Assembly (NCBI RefSeq): GCF_000143415.4
Contig: NW_003314365.1
Location: forward strand, 385,181 to 449,180
From: Selaginella moellendorffii
Lineage: Eukaryota; Plantae; Lycopodiophyta
DNA: 64,000 bases
Direction: 5' to 3'
This document shows positions 49,230 to 63,300 of this stretch, piece by piece. The notes beneath the pieces were generated by a model. It had not been told where the DNA came from and did not search any database. It saw only the letters and a list, made by a program, of their open reading frames with translations. A program made the translations under genes and the position numbers. Numbering within the stretch: position 1 is the first letter of the stretch; each line of letters begins with the position of its first letter.

Positions 49230-50640
49230 GAAACCATTGCTCATGATCACTAGGATATAATATAAAATCACAATGATTTGATCATTAATTAAGCAATACC
49301 ACAAACAATGCCCATGTCACTATTACAAAGATTTATGTGAATATCATGTCCCACCTCAATTTGACAAAATGCAACATAAATGTCACACCCCACTGATAGA
49401 GATTTATGACACTTAACACCACTAACTTCGTTCACAATATAAAGAAGCTCATGCCACTCTCTTTCTAACCAAACTCAAAACTCTAACACCAAGCTACTTA
49501 AGGAGCAATAACAAGGTTCTTTAAAAAAGAATTAAGCATTGCAACCTAAGCCTTCCAATAGCAATCGTAAGAAAAATAGTTTAGAGTTTCACTGCTATCT
49601 ATCCCATCACTCACCATTTATAAAACCTTTATAACCAGCATACGTCAAAGTAAGGACTCCAATCCATATTCATTCTAGTCTTAGACTCAATAGTTATATT
49701 ATCACCCACCACATGGGTATAGCCTTCTTTAATCACACTAGCCTTTCCTAGCCAAGTTAGTTCCCCTAGAGTCCAACCTCTACACTCTCCCTACTATACT
49801 TTGGAACCCCTTGCAGCAGCTGCCCCACCTCCCCAAGGACGATCGCTTTGGGTTTTCACCCACCGACCTATATAAGTATTTGAACTCGGTCTTAAACTCA
49901 AACTTGGACTCAAATTCAAACTCGGACTCAATCTTTGTCTCAGTCTCGGTCTCCACCTCCATCTTGGACTCGGCCTCAAGCTCCATCTCAAACTAAATCT
50001 TGGATTCGGTCTTGGACTCAATCTTGGACTCATTGGTCTCGGACTTGATCTTGGACTTGTCGATCTCAAACTTGATTTTGGACTTGGTGATGGACTCAAT
50101 CTTAGACTCGGTCTTGGATTAAGTCTTGGACTCAATCTTGGACTTGGTCTCAGACTCCGACACTTCTTGGTGTCATGACACTTGCCATTGTAAGGAATCA
50201 ACTCTCGAAGGTGTTGTAGGCTAAAGGATCCTTGAAATCACAATCAGAATGATAAAGAGTTGAGTCTCAGTGAGTACTATCCAATGAAATTGGGCAATTA
50301 CTCTCATTGCATACACAAAGATGAAAACAATGATTCAAATGGGTATATATTTGGTTTTTATGGCTTCGCATGCATCCTTTAACTATGGATTTTAGTTATA
50401 TTTTTGTACTAGATTGTATGAGCTTTCACTTGGGCTCATAGGATGGATTTGAGGTGTACCATTTGTATGAGTTTGTACTTGGGCTCGTGAGTGAGGCACA
50501 TTAGCAACTTAAAGTTACACTTTGAGATGGTAGAAATAATGTTACTTTATTAGTGGTTACTATGAGTTGTTCCATGACCATGGGTAAAATTTAACCTCTT
50601 TTGGGTTTGCAAAGTGTGGGGAATAGGCTAGTCATATTGT
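49230..50640. mobile_element. Degenerate LTR-retrotransposon remnants
   Basis: 49240-49660 resembles 34555-34970; 49790-50190 is a hexamer-rich LTR piece; 50280-50620 is an inverted match to ~35270-35590. Confidence 0.7.
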
Positions 50641-50924
50641 TGTGAGAGCCCTAGTCCCCAAGCACGAGAAGAAACTACAATACAAAAGACAAGACCATGG
50701 GAGAAAATCATCTAGTGAAAGCTAACCTATTGCGTACTCATGCTTAAACTATTTGAATGACTCATCTGGATCATGAAAACCTTGATGTGCCTATAAGATG
50801 GGAATATATGAGACAATCAAAAACTATCTTACTTTGTTTCACTTCCTTGTACTTTGCCTGTAAGAGGGCAATGCATAAGACTTCCATTCCAAGCAAGCAA
50901 TCTCTTTCTTGTCCTAGAAGATCT

Positions 50925-51048
50925 NNNNNNNNNNNNNNNNNNNNNNNNNNNNNNNNNNNNNNNNNNNNNNNNNNNNNNNNNNNNNNNNNNNNNNNNNNNN
51001 NNNNNNNNNNNNNNNNNNNNNNNNNNNNNNNNNNNNNNNNNNNNNNNN
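50925..51048. other. Assembly gap (N run)
   Basis: Run of N bases. Confidence 1.
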
Positions 51049-52718
51049 TGATGAAACCACCACATACAGATCACTGGAGACCACACTTAATGTCACACTC
51101 ACATCCTAATCTTCCACCTGGACAATAGACAAGAACGGTTGGGAGGGAGAGGTGAGAGGGAGACCTCAATGCTTGATTATGGAGTCAAATTAACTCTTAG
51201 GGATGACCCGGTGATGAAGAGAAGAGTGGAGACATTGCTGAATGTATTGTGAATTCCATGATACCCAAAATGCACTCCATTTTGCTGATTCACCTCCATA
51301 AGTGGTTTTGGTACCATGATTCTAATGTAATAACTTGTGATTTGACTTGGAATAAGAATATCTTGATCAATCTAGCACCCAAAAAAAAAATCCCAGATCA
51401 AAGCATAAGAATGACAAAAAGAAATTGAAATATATAGATACTTGTATTGCTCAAAATTCACAAAACCCTCAAATATGAATAACCATAACCATTTCTAAGA
51501 GAGTGCTACAGCTAAACCATCAATTTCAAGAATCCAAGGGTAAGAGAATATCTATCCCCTGATATCAATAGCACCAACCTCCAAACATTTTTCTCCCCCA
51601 AAATGTAGTCCTCAACAACAATCCATTCTATTAGTTTTTCTAGGAGAGAGAGATTTTATTATTCCATTGCACTAAGCATCATAAATAAAAATTTGAAGCG
51701 TTATCACCCTATTTTAATCTAGGCTATTGTTTTGAAGTCTTTAGTTATCAACCATCAGATTTTAAGTATATCCATAAATAATATTCTAAAAATGGAATAA
51801 AAGACACTAGATGCCATATGCCAATAGCACTTTTAAATAAAGGAGAATATCTGCCCCTTGATGCCAATAACACTAGCCTCCAACCAATTTTCTCCCCAAA
51901 TGTAGTCTTATGCAACAGTCCTTTCTATTTACTTTCCTAGAAGAGAGAGAAATTTCATTGTTCCATTGCCCTAAGCATCACAAACAAAAACTTGAAGCAT
52001 TATCACCTTGTTTTAATCTAGGTTGTTTTCAAATCTTTAGTTATCACATGTGTGAGTATTTGAATCTCTATAAGTATCAATACTGAATTACCCCCATAGC
52101 ATCATCTCATCACACACAGATATGTCTTGGGCAAATTTACCCCCTTGGGACAAATGCTGAACATTAAGAAATTCATGTGCCTTTCCAAATATCTTGAATT
52201 TCCTATTGTTGCATGTTACTAGAAACAAAAGCTATTAAAGGGTATGTGGCCACAGATATTTTTAAAAAGGTATATATATAGTATATTCTAACAAGTATAT
52301 AATAAATATTATTAATAAATAATTTTTTAATAGCAATGAAGAACCATGCAATATTCATGAGCCAATCCAATCTAGGGCTAGCAACTGTAAGACACAAATC
52401 CCTAAATCCCAAAGTAAAGCTGAAAGTGAGTTATGTAATAGTGGCTGAAGTGGAAGTCCAACAAGCGCTGCCATTGGTTCAAAAGCTCAGGAAACCGTTG
52501 TCAATGGCCACACGCCGGAAAATGACAATCTTTTTTGGAGTCTCTCAAGTCCCTGTTTGTGCCAGGTTCTCGAGGCTGGAACCACGACTAGAATCAAGGT
52601 TTTTCACTCTCTTGCTCTTTGCTATTCTCTTTCGAGGCTTAAAGTTCCTGTTTGTTCCAGGTGCTCGAGGCTGGAACCAAGAGAAAAAAAAGAAATTTTT
52701 GTCCACGGTTCACTTTAG

Positions 52719-53210
52719 AGGCTATGGCCGGGACAAGTGCCAGACCAATGATGTGCACATCTTCGACATTGGTATAAGTTTCCTCTTCTGGGTTTTCCGG
52801 AAAATATGGTTTTGATCATGCTTTTGGTGGGATCGTGCAGGGATGTACACCTGGAGCAAGCCTGTGATGAAAGGAATGCACCCTTCTCCTCAGGACAGCC
52901 ACAGCTCCACGGCCGTCGGGTCTAAGCTCTATGTGTTTGGTGGTACCAATGGAACCAGCCCGCTCGACGATCTCTTTGTTTTGGATAATGGTAAGCTTCA
53001 AGTTCTATCAATTTTTTTTTCTCATTCTTATCATCCAATGCAGCTACCAAAACCTGGGGGAAACCTGATGTTTTTGGTGATGTTCCTACTCTAAGAGAAG
53101 GACATAGGACATCTCTCATCGGTGACAAACTGTTCATGTTTGGGGGATGTGGTAAATCCAGCGATCCCTCAGAGTAGGAGTACTACAATGTCCTCCATGT
53201 TTTGAACACA
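52719..53210 (+). pseudogene. Kelch-repeat protein, 5' exons
   Basis: GYGRDKCQTNDVHIFDI / WSKPVMKG..PSPQDSHSSTAVGSKLYVFGGTNG..LDDLFVLD / WGKP..REGH..LIGDKLFMFGGCGK; in-frame TAG near 53174. Confidence 0.8.
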
Positions 53211-53549
53211 AGTAATATCCTGTTATCTTTCCTTGTACTCCCTTATTTAAAAGTGCTATTGGCATATGGTATCTAGCATCTTTTATTCTATTTATAGAAT
53301 ATTATTTATGGATACACTTAAAATCTGACAGTATGAAATATTCTAGGTATATATCTATATTTTCCCTAAATTGTCTACAGCCATACACCATATAAGAAAA
53401 TAATCACTGTTCTAGTCAAGCATTTTCTAGTTTGCAAGAATCAATTTCCAGTTGAGAATATAGAATATTAAGGCATGTGGAAGGATGTCATAATATAGTA
53501 ATGCTTGGCATATGATTGATGCAATATTTGCCTCGAGAGAGCATCTTTC

Positions 53550-54937
53550 TATAAGCAACTAAATTTTCCATTCTACTTTAGTCATTTGACTAGACCTTTG
53601 ACCATTTGGAGGCTCACTCACAACCTCTATAAGTCCTATTGCTAACTTAGGGACATGCTTGCCCCCATGACTGGGCCATCTGTCCATGAGTGGTCATCCC
53701 AGGACCACACTTTAGCCCAGTGACATGGGGAATACCCTTCCCCAATGTTCCTTCTTCAATCTCCACTAAGTTCTTGCCCATCCACAGCTATGCTCACCAA
53801 CACTGCCACTAGGTCAGGGCCAAAAGGCCCAACCACTAAGTCTCACTAACCTTTGGGATTTCCTCACTATATGACCATATCCTTGGTCACTACCCAAGAG
53901 GACTACTACTCTTTCTTTCCATAGTCTGGGACTTTGGGATGACATTTCAAAACACCATGGCCCTACATAAACTTCATGGATATTCTCCCCATCTTCTACC
54001 CTTTGGTGCTCTAGCCATGTAGTGACAGCAAAGTTCCAATGAGCCACACCAGGTATCCAAGTGGGTAGTGCAAACCACACTTCGACTGGGAGCATCAACC
54101 ATTTGATCTAGAGCTGGCTTTGAAACATATCACTAAGTTACCCCACTTGTCCATCTGTGTTCACTCTAGCCTTGGACTCCTCAGTAGTTATATCATCACC
54201 TGCCACGTGGGTATAAGCTTCTTTGGTTATACTAGCCCTTCCTGGCCAAATTGGTTCTGCTGGAATCCGCCCCCTACTATCCTTTTGAAGCTCATGAAGT
54301 CCCTTGGGGTCTAGGAAATGATCACTTTGGGCTTTCACTCTTGGATTCAGACTTGGACTTGAACTCGAACTTGAACTCAGACTTGAACTTGGACTCAGAT
54401 TTGAACTCGGTCTCTACCCCGGTCTCGGTCTCACTCTTAGTCTCACTCTCACTGTCGGTCCCCATCTCAAACTCTTTCTCAGACTCCATCTCAGATTCCT
54501 TCTCGGACCCCATCTTGGATTTCATTTCGGACTCCATCTTAGACTCCTTCTCAGACCCCATGTCGGACTCCTTCTCAGACTTCATCTCAGAATCCTTTTT
54601 GGACTCCATCTCGGAATCCTTCTAGGACTCCATCTCGAAGTCCTTAGACTACATCTCGGACTCCTTCTGGGACTTCATCTCAAACTCCTTCTTGGACTTA
54701 ATCCCGACACTTCCATGTGTTATGACACTTGTCATGTGTTAGTCCTTCTTGTGCCTGTTTTTAAAGACTCATTCACCAATTGCTTCATGCTCATTCCTTG
54801 GACACTTTGTTTGGAGTTTCACTCCCGCTCTTGACTTTTCAAGTTAGAGCTTTTACACTTGTTGGACTTCCACGTTGACCACTACCATGTGGCACCCCTT
54901 TGGCTCTACTTTGGGGATTAGGGATTTGTGTCTCACA
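53550..54937 (-). mobile_element. Solo LTR related to family B
   Basis: Similar to 29380-31128 from end to end; CTTTC TSD on both sides (53545-53549, 54938-54942). Confidence 0.88.
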
Positions 54938-55536
54938 CTTTCTTATTGTAATTTTTACCCCTTTAAGGTATATGTATGCATGACAAGATGATATGGGAGA
55001 TGGCATGGGACAATTTGGTAGTGGTATTAGTACTTAAAGATATGCAACTAGCTGTGTCATTCTTGATAGAAATTATTTCATGTATGCAATGCTCCCAACA
55101 CAAACACATTTCCCTTGATATTATTCCTTCATCTGATGACCTCTACATAGATTTTAGTGAGGTTCATGAGTTTCAACATCAAATTGTGATCCCACTTTGC
55201 AGCATTAAAGGGGAGGGAAATGCACACCAAACTGTATATTCTTAGAGAAAACTAATAATTGGATCTTTGGCAAATACCCCCAAAATCTTAGGTGTGGGTA
55301 GTCTTTAAGGTAGATCAAGGCACCACTTTGCAGGGAGGGTAATGCACACTAATGTGTGAAATATGTTGTTATAACAGTTGGATTCCAGCAATTGTATATA
55401 CTAGAATGTTTTAGGTATACTAGCAAGGAATCCAGCTCCGCTGGAATAGATAGAACATCTGTTATATAGGTGACATGAATCCTAAAGAATTAGTTGTTTG
55501 TTTTCATCATCCAGTAGTGATGATGTATATTTATAA

Positions 55537-55539
<3 letters not shown>

Positions 55540-55587
<48 letters not shown>
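55540..55587. repeat. (TA)n microsatellite
   Basis: About 23 TA units. Confidence 0.95.
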
Positions 55588-55591
<4 letters not shown>

Positions 55592-56583
55592 CTGGGATTA
55601 GACGCCATGATCAATGCCTTTGTTCATTGTATCTCTCTCATTCATCATGACCCCATACCCAAGAATCAGTAGCATGGGTTTAACACCTAATTTGTTTTTT
55701 TAATTTCCGGTCACAAGTACATTGACAGCAAGAGAATGGGTAGTTATACCAGTGATCCAACAGAGATCATATTTTTGACACGCTCCAGTGGTTTTATTTT
55801 GAACATTTAATTTCCCAAAAATATGTGGTTGAGGATGCCTGAAATTAACAGTGATTTATGCCTGAAAGTAGCAGCAATTTTCTAAGAAAATTTGAGGATT
55901 CTAATCAATAAGTATAAGCTGTATGGTAAACTCTAAGTGAATTTGCAAGAAAAAGAAATGTAGTATCAAATGAAATGCTCCAAGGTTCCTCTAAGCCGAC
56001 AGGCTAAATGTATAATTTTCGAGCTGGTTGATAAATTCTATAATCTTTTTGTGTGTGTTATTTGAATACTTACTTATTGTGACTCTTTTGCCATGAAGGG
56101 CACATAAATTGATGGCTTCAAAGAGTTGGACAAGGTAGTCCTCAGCAGCCTGTTGCTCTTTGATGGAACACTATGCATGCATGACAGTTGGAACCTGATG
56201 ATTTTGATCCTTTTATGTCAAACTGGTCTTTTCTTTTCAAATACTAATAACACTTTTTCATAGACTAATATTACTTTTGTTCTATAAAGTCTAATCTACA
56301 ACAATTCTTTCTTCATACATATGTCAAGCATATCTTCGGCATCATCGAATGGATTGTATTCGAATATTTCTTTAGCAAAAGTCCGAACTAAATTGCAGCA
56401 CAATGCCTTCAAGACGGATTGGCTTCCAGTTTTCCACCCCTTGCTTTGGATGGTACTCATTTTCAAGGTAAATTAGAAAAGAGAAACATAATTTCAGCTG
56501 GGATTTATATTATATTTAACATGGATGTTGTGGAAAATGCTAATCTTGAAGATTAAAAATGATTTTTAAAATTATTCTGATTT

Positions 56584-57175
56584 GTTGAGGAAGATTTGCG
56601 AAGCACAAAGGCAAAACATAAAGACTTTCAGAAGCAAGTTGTAAGAATCTCAAGAGAACTGAGTTTTACAACCAAACACGTTTTATCGGCCCTTTACTAA
56701 ACCGGCCATAGTCTATTGTTTAGCAAGATTGGCCAAAGTTAATGTTATAAGCCTCATTATAATAAGAATCAAGCAGTGTCTACCTACTACCTTCTAAATC
56801 TCCTTCAAAATCTTCAAAATCTGTGCATACTTGCACACATCTTGGATAGGAGAAATCCCAACAGATTGCAATGCAGTCCCGGCATGCTGCAAATTCGGAG
56901 AGCCAAGTGCTGAATTTCCTACAAAATAAAGAGTAGGATCTTGAAAGGCTTCTTGAATGTTCTTTCCTTGCTGCTCTATGGTTATCTAGCATGTTAGATG
57001 AAAGTCTGTAAGAATTCACCAGCAATCGTCCAGTCTTGAGCATGTTGCTACCAACTCTAAAGTCATGTACAGTTGACCAGCTTCTAGCTTTGTATGAGCA
57101 CTGGTGCAGGGATTTATCTGGGGAATCAACTCCTTCGATAATGGGGTGTGAACTCGGCAATGTAAACTTGGCTTT
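56584..57175 (+). repeat. Left arm of a ~590-bp inverted repeat
   Basis: Reverse complement of 59697-60286, with a few substitutions and small indels. Confidence 0.9.
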
Positions 57176-58199
57176 CCATTAGCAGTGAAGGTTATATAAA
57201 ATTTAAAGAAAAAGTACTTATAATGGCAGCCTCCAAAGACACACATAGTTGGCTGAGTTCTTAGAATCTGGTGATGCTTGCAGGCTTCTCTAAACTCAAG
57301 ATAAGGGAGATCACGATTCATGAGAGAAAACACTAAAAGTGTACCTGATAGTTACTTGCTGTAATCAGCGTGAATCTCATACCTTCTTGGAAACTCTGCA
57401 AATCATAGTTTCCAGCAAGCTCCTGATGCATTGTATTGCTGTGCAAACAGGACTTAGTTAAAAAATAAATGAAGACCTTATTTTTAACAACCTTATTGTC
57501 TTGTGCCAGAAGTGAGACAAATTAAATGCTAGACTGCAACTCTTCTTGATGATGCTGCTGTTCTCAACATTTGGTCCATGGTCATAAAAGCTATGCATGT
57601 CCTCCAAAGACCTGTGATGAGAAACATTTGGGACTTACAAACAGCCTCTACAATGTACTTGGCAAGCCTGCCTTTGAGTATCTTCTTGTCTTTGAGTTTC
57701 ATCCTGTTGAGGCAGTGACTTCAAAGAAGGATTCGCTCCTTGTGATAAGTCAATAAGTGACAGGGACAAATTAGAATAGTGGAGGCATGAGAATGCATAA
57801 GGTATCATATTGTATGAGGTACAATTCAGTAAAGTACTTTTTTCTTTTATAACTACAGAAGTTTTGAAACTCTTACAGAATAGAAGTCTCGTGGTCTTGG
57901 ATGTGGCAAGTAAGAAACTTTGCTGTTGGGATCCAAGGCAGTCCACCTCAAACCCCAGATAAAGGAATAATGGCACAAATAATAGATCTTTACCTGTAAT
58001 AACGAAGTAATGGACGACAATGAAGATTTGAAGCTTGGCAAGTTTGTAAGTTCGATTTCCCATCCCAAAGGGTGTGAACGTGAATGGAGATGCTCCATAT
58101 TTCTAGTTAAAAATCCCAGCCAGAGTTACAGAGCATGGGTGAGAATCTCGTACCTCCCAGCTGGATTGAACTTTTCCGGATCAGGGTGGATCCATATGT

Positions 58200-59165
58200 A
58201 CTTGTCTTAGCCACGCTTCCAAATCACTTGAACATCACTTGAGAGAAGGAGACTCACTATTAAACTCGAGGTCTAACAAGGCTCTTCTAAAGACCATTGG
58301 GGATATTTTTTGCAAGTTGCAGTGTTTCATTGAGAGTAACTGAGAATCAAACGAAACAAATCTCGCCATGTAAGATTGTACTGCCTGAGCAAAACCAGGC
58401 TTGTACGAGAAGAGCAGCCCACAGAAAAGCTTCCCATCGATGGACGCTTCTAATATGTATCTGTAGTTGAATATGTCGCTTACTCTAGCCTCGAACATCT
58501 TCTCGCCTAGCAGCTGAAGATGAGCTTGAAACTCTGTAGCATGAGTTTGACAGGGAAAAATTGGAGAGGTCCAAGTTTTTCTGCAGATACCTTTGTGAGA
58601 TGAAACCAAGCTCTTGTCCGCATCCCGTTGCTTGTCTAGCACGAATGGCGTGGCACGATACTCTTGCCGCCTTCTCTTAAGTTCCTTACGCATGGATAGC
58701 TTTGGTTCTGATGGATCTTTCCCCCTCAGCATCTCTTCACAGAAAAACGGCAACCATATTGTCAAGAATGGCAGCAATGTCATTTAAAGAAGAAGCCAAC
58801 CTGTGTCAAGGAAATACATGTCATCCAGAGCTTCAAGCTCTTCGTTATATCCCCCATAGAAGAATCATATGCCTCACTCTGCGTCCACGGAATCTCCTGC
58901 AAGGGAGAAACGTGGAGAAGGCCCGGGACCAGAGGGATTCGAAGTTGCCCAAACACCAGTTGCTACAAAATACGTAAAAGCCCCATGAGAGACTCACGTA
59001 CTTTCCATGGCTGATTGTTGTGTGCCTGGCTCTTAGCATCAGCTCCGCACCAGTCGTCTTTACCTCCCGCCATGCCATTGTTTCTGGAAACGCAAATGAA
59101 TTCGCAAGTTTAAAACCAGCACAATGTATGTACCTGTGTCCAGAATATAAAATCATTTTACACAC
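58200..59165 (-). pseudogene. Kelch-repeat protein, 3' exons
   Basis: ETMAWREVKTTGAELMLRARHTTISHGK (Kelch blade) and C-terminal KMFEARVSDIFNYRYILEASIDGKLFCGLLFSYKPGF, typical of this plant Kelch family. Confidence 0.72.
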
Positions 59166-59696
59166 GTTTGTAAAGCATTTCAAATTTATAATAGGCATCT
59201 GGGCTGTAAATCTCGCCTGAAACTTCTGTCCAAGGGATTCTCAAAGGTTGATGTAAACGCAACCTGCGTGTTTCCTGGCTCTCACCATTTTCCAAAGAGG
59301 AAGTCATTTCGTTCTGAAACCATGTACTATAAAGATAACCCTAACCAACTTTTATCTTGCAATACTTTACTTTGTCACAAATATCTTAAATCATTTTCCT
59401 TTGTTACATTGGGCAATAAGATATTATTCAGCAAGTTGGGTTGTGCTGCAGCACAGATTGCTTGTGTTCTTTAGCCGTGATGTACCTCCAAAGCTCAAGA
59501 GCTCACTCATTATCAAAAAGTTATGAAGTCATGCTCTGTCCAAGTTCTTTCACCTTTAAATAACGGTTGAGCAGCATTGTGAACTATGATTAGATCATTC
59601 TATGGGCTTTCGTTTGTTTGTGAAGCATTCATCTGTATGCAAACTCGGGATGCAAGCAACTGAAAAGATTGGATTTTCAATTAGTTTCAGATGATG

Positions 59697-60286
59697 AAAA
59701 GCCAAGTTTACATTGCCGAGTTCACACCCCATTATCGAAGGAGTTGATTCCCCAGATAAATCCCTGCACCATGACCTAGTGCTCATACAAAGCTAGAAGC
59801 TGGTCAACTGTACATGGCTTTAGAGTTGGTAGCAACATGCTCAAGACTGGACGATTGCTGGTGAATTCTTACAGACTTTCACCTAACATGCTAGATAACC
59901 GTAGAGCAGCAAGGAAAGAACATTCAAGAAGCCTTTCAAGATCCTACTCTTTATTTTGTAGGAAATTCAGCACTTGGCTCTCCAAATTTGCAGCATGCCA
60001 GGACTGCATTGCAATGTGTTGGGATTTCTCCTATCCAAGATGTGTGCAAGTATGCACATATTTTGAGGAGATTTAGAAGGTAGTAGGTAGACACTGCTTT
60101 ATTCTTATTATAATGAGGCTTATAACATTAAATTTGGCCAATCTTGCTAAACAATAGACTATGGCCGGTTTAGTAAAAGGCTGATAAAACGTGTATGGTT
60201 GTAAAACTCAGTTCTCATGAGATTCTTACAACTTGCTTCTGAAAGTCTTTATGTTTTGCCTTTGTGCTTCGCAAATCTTCCTCAAC
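59697..60286 (-). repeat. Right arm of a ~590-bp inverted repeat
   Basis: Reverse complement of 56584-57175. Confidence 0.9.
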
Positions 60287-60319
60287 TTGCTTGAGCTGTA
60301 TTAATAGGAACGACACATA

Positions 60320-60945
60320 CCTGGTTTCATAGGGTGAGAACAACATAAGGGTCACCAATCATGAAGTCCCTCACTGTAAGGTTACCTCTAGAATTGAAGC
60401 ATTGAACAGAAGAATCTTCTTGCCTTGAAAGAATGTCGACTCTTGACAAGAGGAAGCCAAATGCATGGCTTTACGAATTTTTGTCTTTCATACTTGCTTC
60501 TGAGAAAACATTGATGGTTGAAAAATAAATATAGAAAACAGTTTTGCATCTCCTGAACCTTACAAATTCTAATTGCTCTTGATTGGATGATTCTGGCATG
60601 GGTCTTTTGCCAAGATTTAGGAACAAAGGCCTCGTATGCAGCATTTGCAGCTGCATTGCCACCAATAAACAGCATAAGCTCAACCCCTTTGTCTGTCCAG
60701 TCGTTGGAATTTATGGACATAAACTGTTGAAAAGGGACATAAAATTGGGAAGAGAGATTATTTACATTTACCTTTGATACAGAAGCTCCCATGCTTCAAT
60801 GAACAGCATAGCATTTGTCACAGATTATAACTCCATGTTTGTAGAGCTGGAGAAACAACAGAAGATGCAGCAAGATGGAAATGAAAATGACTTACGCCCA
60901 TTGGGGACCCTGCAACCTGCAACCCTGCACATAACTGGTTGTCTG
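60320..60945 (-). pseudogene. ARF-GAP + C2 domain (AGD11-13-like) fragment
   Basis: SMGASVSKV; WTDKGVELMLFIGGNAAANAAYEAFVP; SKYERQKF; RDFMIGDPYVVLTL (start of C2); frameshifted. Confidence 0.75.
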
Positions 60946-62699
60946 GTTGCAAGATAAATGTCTGAAATTTAGTCGTGCTTCTCTCCATTTGCTAGGGTAT
61001 CAAAGATCCACTCCTGAAAAACAAAGATCGGTGGACAGACCTTCTAGCAAAAAAAAGAAGAATAAAAGAAAAAGCATTGCATTGAAAACCCTACCTTTAA
61101 ACAAAGGAAATTCCGAGTCGATGAGCTTAACCTTTACTCCAATCCTGCCAATACGCTCTGAGACACATAGATACACTGCTAAAAAAGAGCATTCTCAACT
61201 CAGAGGGAAAAGAAAGAACTGTCTTTCAGAGATCCAGTAAACTGCTTTCACAGACTTACAAGTGTATTATACAGGTGCTCCGACTGAATGGTAGAATGCT
61301 TTTCAAGTCGATCTGGGTGGAAATCTTGAGCGCCTGGCAGCCTTTGGACAGCACACTATTGTGATCAGATGGTCTGTTCACGATTCCACAAGTGCTGTGG
61401 AAAGTCAGAGGTCTCTTTGACGGCATATGAGCACAAGGTATATAACGTAAGGACCAATGCAATCATGCAGCAAACCTCATGGTGTGCAGCCGCGCATAAG
61501 GACCAATGCAATCATGCAGCGAACCTGATGGTGTGCAGTAAGCTCTCCTGGAAAAATGCATTGAAAAAAACTGGTTTACCCTAAAAAAAAAAAGTTTCAA
61601 CCTCAACTGTTTTTTTGCCATGTGTCTTCATCTCCACCATTAAACTCGAAAAGAATCTCGATTGAATATGTCACCCTTGCTCTTTTAAATATAGAAGGAT
61701 GATATCTGCCATACAAAAAAAATTCCAATCTAGGAGGGTATCTCTCCCTTGCAGCATTTATGCTGACAAGACACTTGGAATTGGCCTATACAGACATGCT
61801 ACAGAACACTTTTTTCAGGGCATGAGTGGCAAACCCTAATAAATTTATCCTAGAAAATTGTCTTTTACCTTTTACACTGGTAATATTTCTTTTTATATAT
61901 GTGTTGTGAAATATATGCGACCAAATTAATAACAATAATCATATTGGGATAAAAGGATGTAACACATCCTTTTATTAAAAATATGGTACTACTAACCTAG
62001 AGTGATATTCAATATGAGACTGCATTAAAAATAAAAAATAATTTTTAATTTGTTAATCTCTCTCACATCAAAAAGACATTAACTGTTTCACATGTGGCTT
62101 TTTTTGGGTTTTGTGCTTTCTTCTCTCTTGCTGGCTCTTGCACTCTCTCATCTCTCTTGCAGCACTCTATCATGCACTGTTGTCTCTCTTGCCTTGGTCC
62201 AACATGCAGCTTTATCATTTGAGCTTCTCTCCATGTAGGATGTCTCAGTTTTAGGGGTTTAGAATGACAGAGTGTGTTTGGAGAGATGACAACTTAGGGC
62301 CGCTGGGTTTCCCCTAGCAAGCCACAAGCCATACTGGAACTGGCAGAACAGGGGCTCTGAGGTGTCATATAAGGTGCAGTTGCCCCTGAACGCCCCATTG
62401 CCGCAGAATCTTGCAGGAAATTGGCAAAGAACGCACTTTTAGTGATTAGATCTGCTCTGGCCACTGCAGTGCCACCAGTCAGCTGTCTCAGCTCAAAATT
62501 CTCTCATCAATTCTCTCAATCCTCTCTGGAGGACTCTCTCCAATCTAAGGACACTGTTACACTTTTAGACACTTTTAAACACAAAAGCCCAAAAGATGGG
62601 AGTGAGGCCCAACCTGACCCTACTTCATTACCCTCTTGTAAGCAGCTAAAATTTCATTTTTCTTTAGTCAACCACACCTTTGGCCCTTGTCTCATTCAT

Positions 62700-63300
62700 A
62701 ACTTCTAAAGGTCCACATTCCAACATGGTACTTGCTACCCCAAAGGTAGCAGTTCACGTCTTACTGACATAGCATTTGGTCCCTCGAGTCCTGAGTGTTC
62801 AACACGTCCAAGTCCTCATTGATCACTAGTGGTACCACCAATGCATGTCACGTCATGTTTGCTCTTACAATCTCAGTAGTAGTACAAAATGGCTACTACC
62901 ACAAACCTGTTCTTCCAAGATGAGACCATCCATTCCATGAGTGGCTATCCCTTGACCACTCCTTAACATCCTTATGATGCTCCAAGCTATGGAGAAACCC
63001 TGTCTTCCAATGTTCCTTGATCCCTGTCCTCTAAGTCCCTTTTCAAACATGACAGTAGTCACCATCTGCCATCAAATCGGGGTCTGGAGACCCACCCACT
63101 AAGTCCCACCTACCCCAACTGTTGGGTTGGACTACTTCTCTTCCACACTTCACAACCCTAGGATGACATTTTGAAACACCATGACCCAACTTGAGCCTTG
63201 TGGGTGCATAAATTCCCCCATCGTCTTTGTGCTTCTTGAGTTCTTCAAGAGACTCACCCAGCCTTATATTTGTGCCAATTGGGGCTATGTATGAGACTTC
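62700..63300. mobile_element. Highly decayed LTR-like remnant
   Basis: Patchy similarity to family B LTR motifs (ccatgagtggctatcc, ccactaagtcccac, gacattttgaaacaccatg). Confidence 0.45.
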
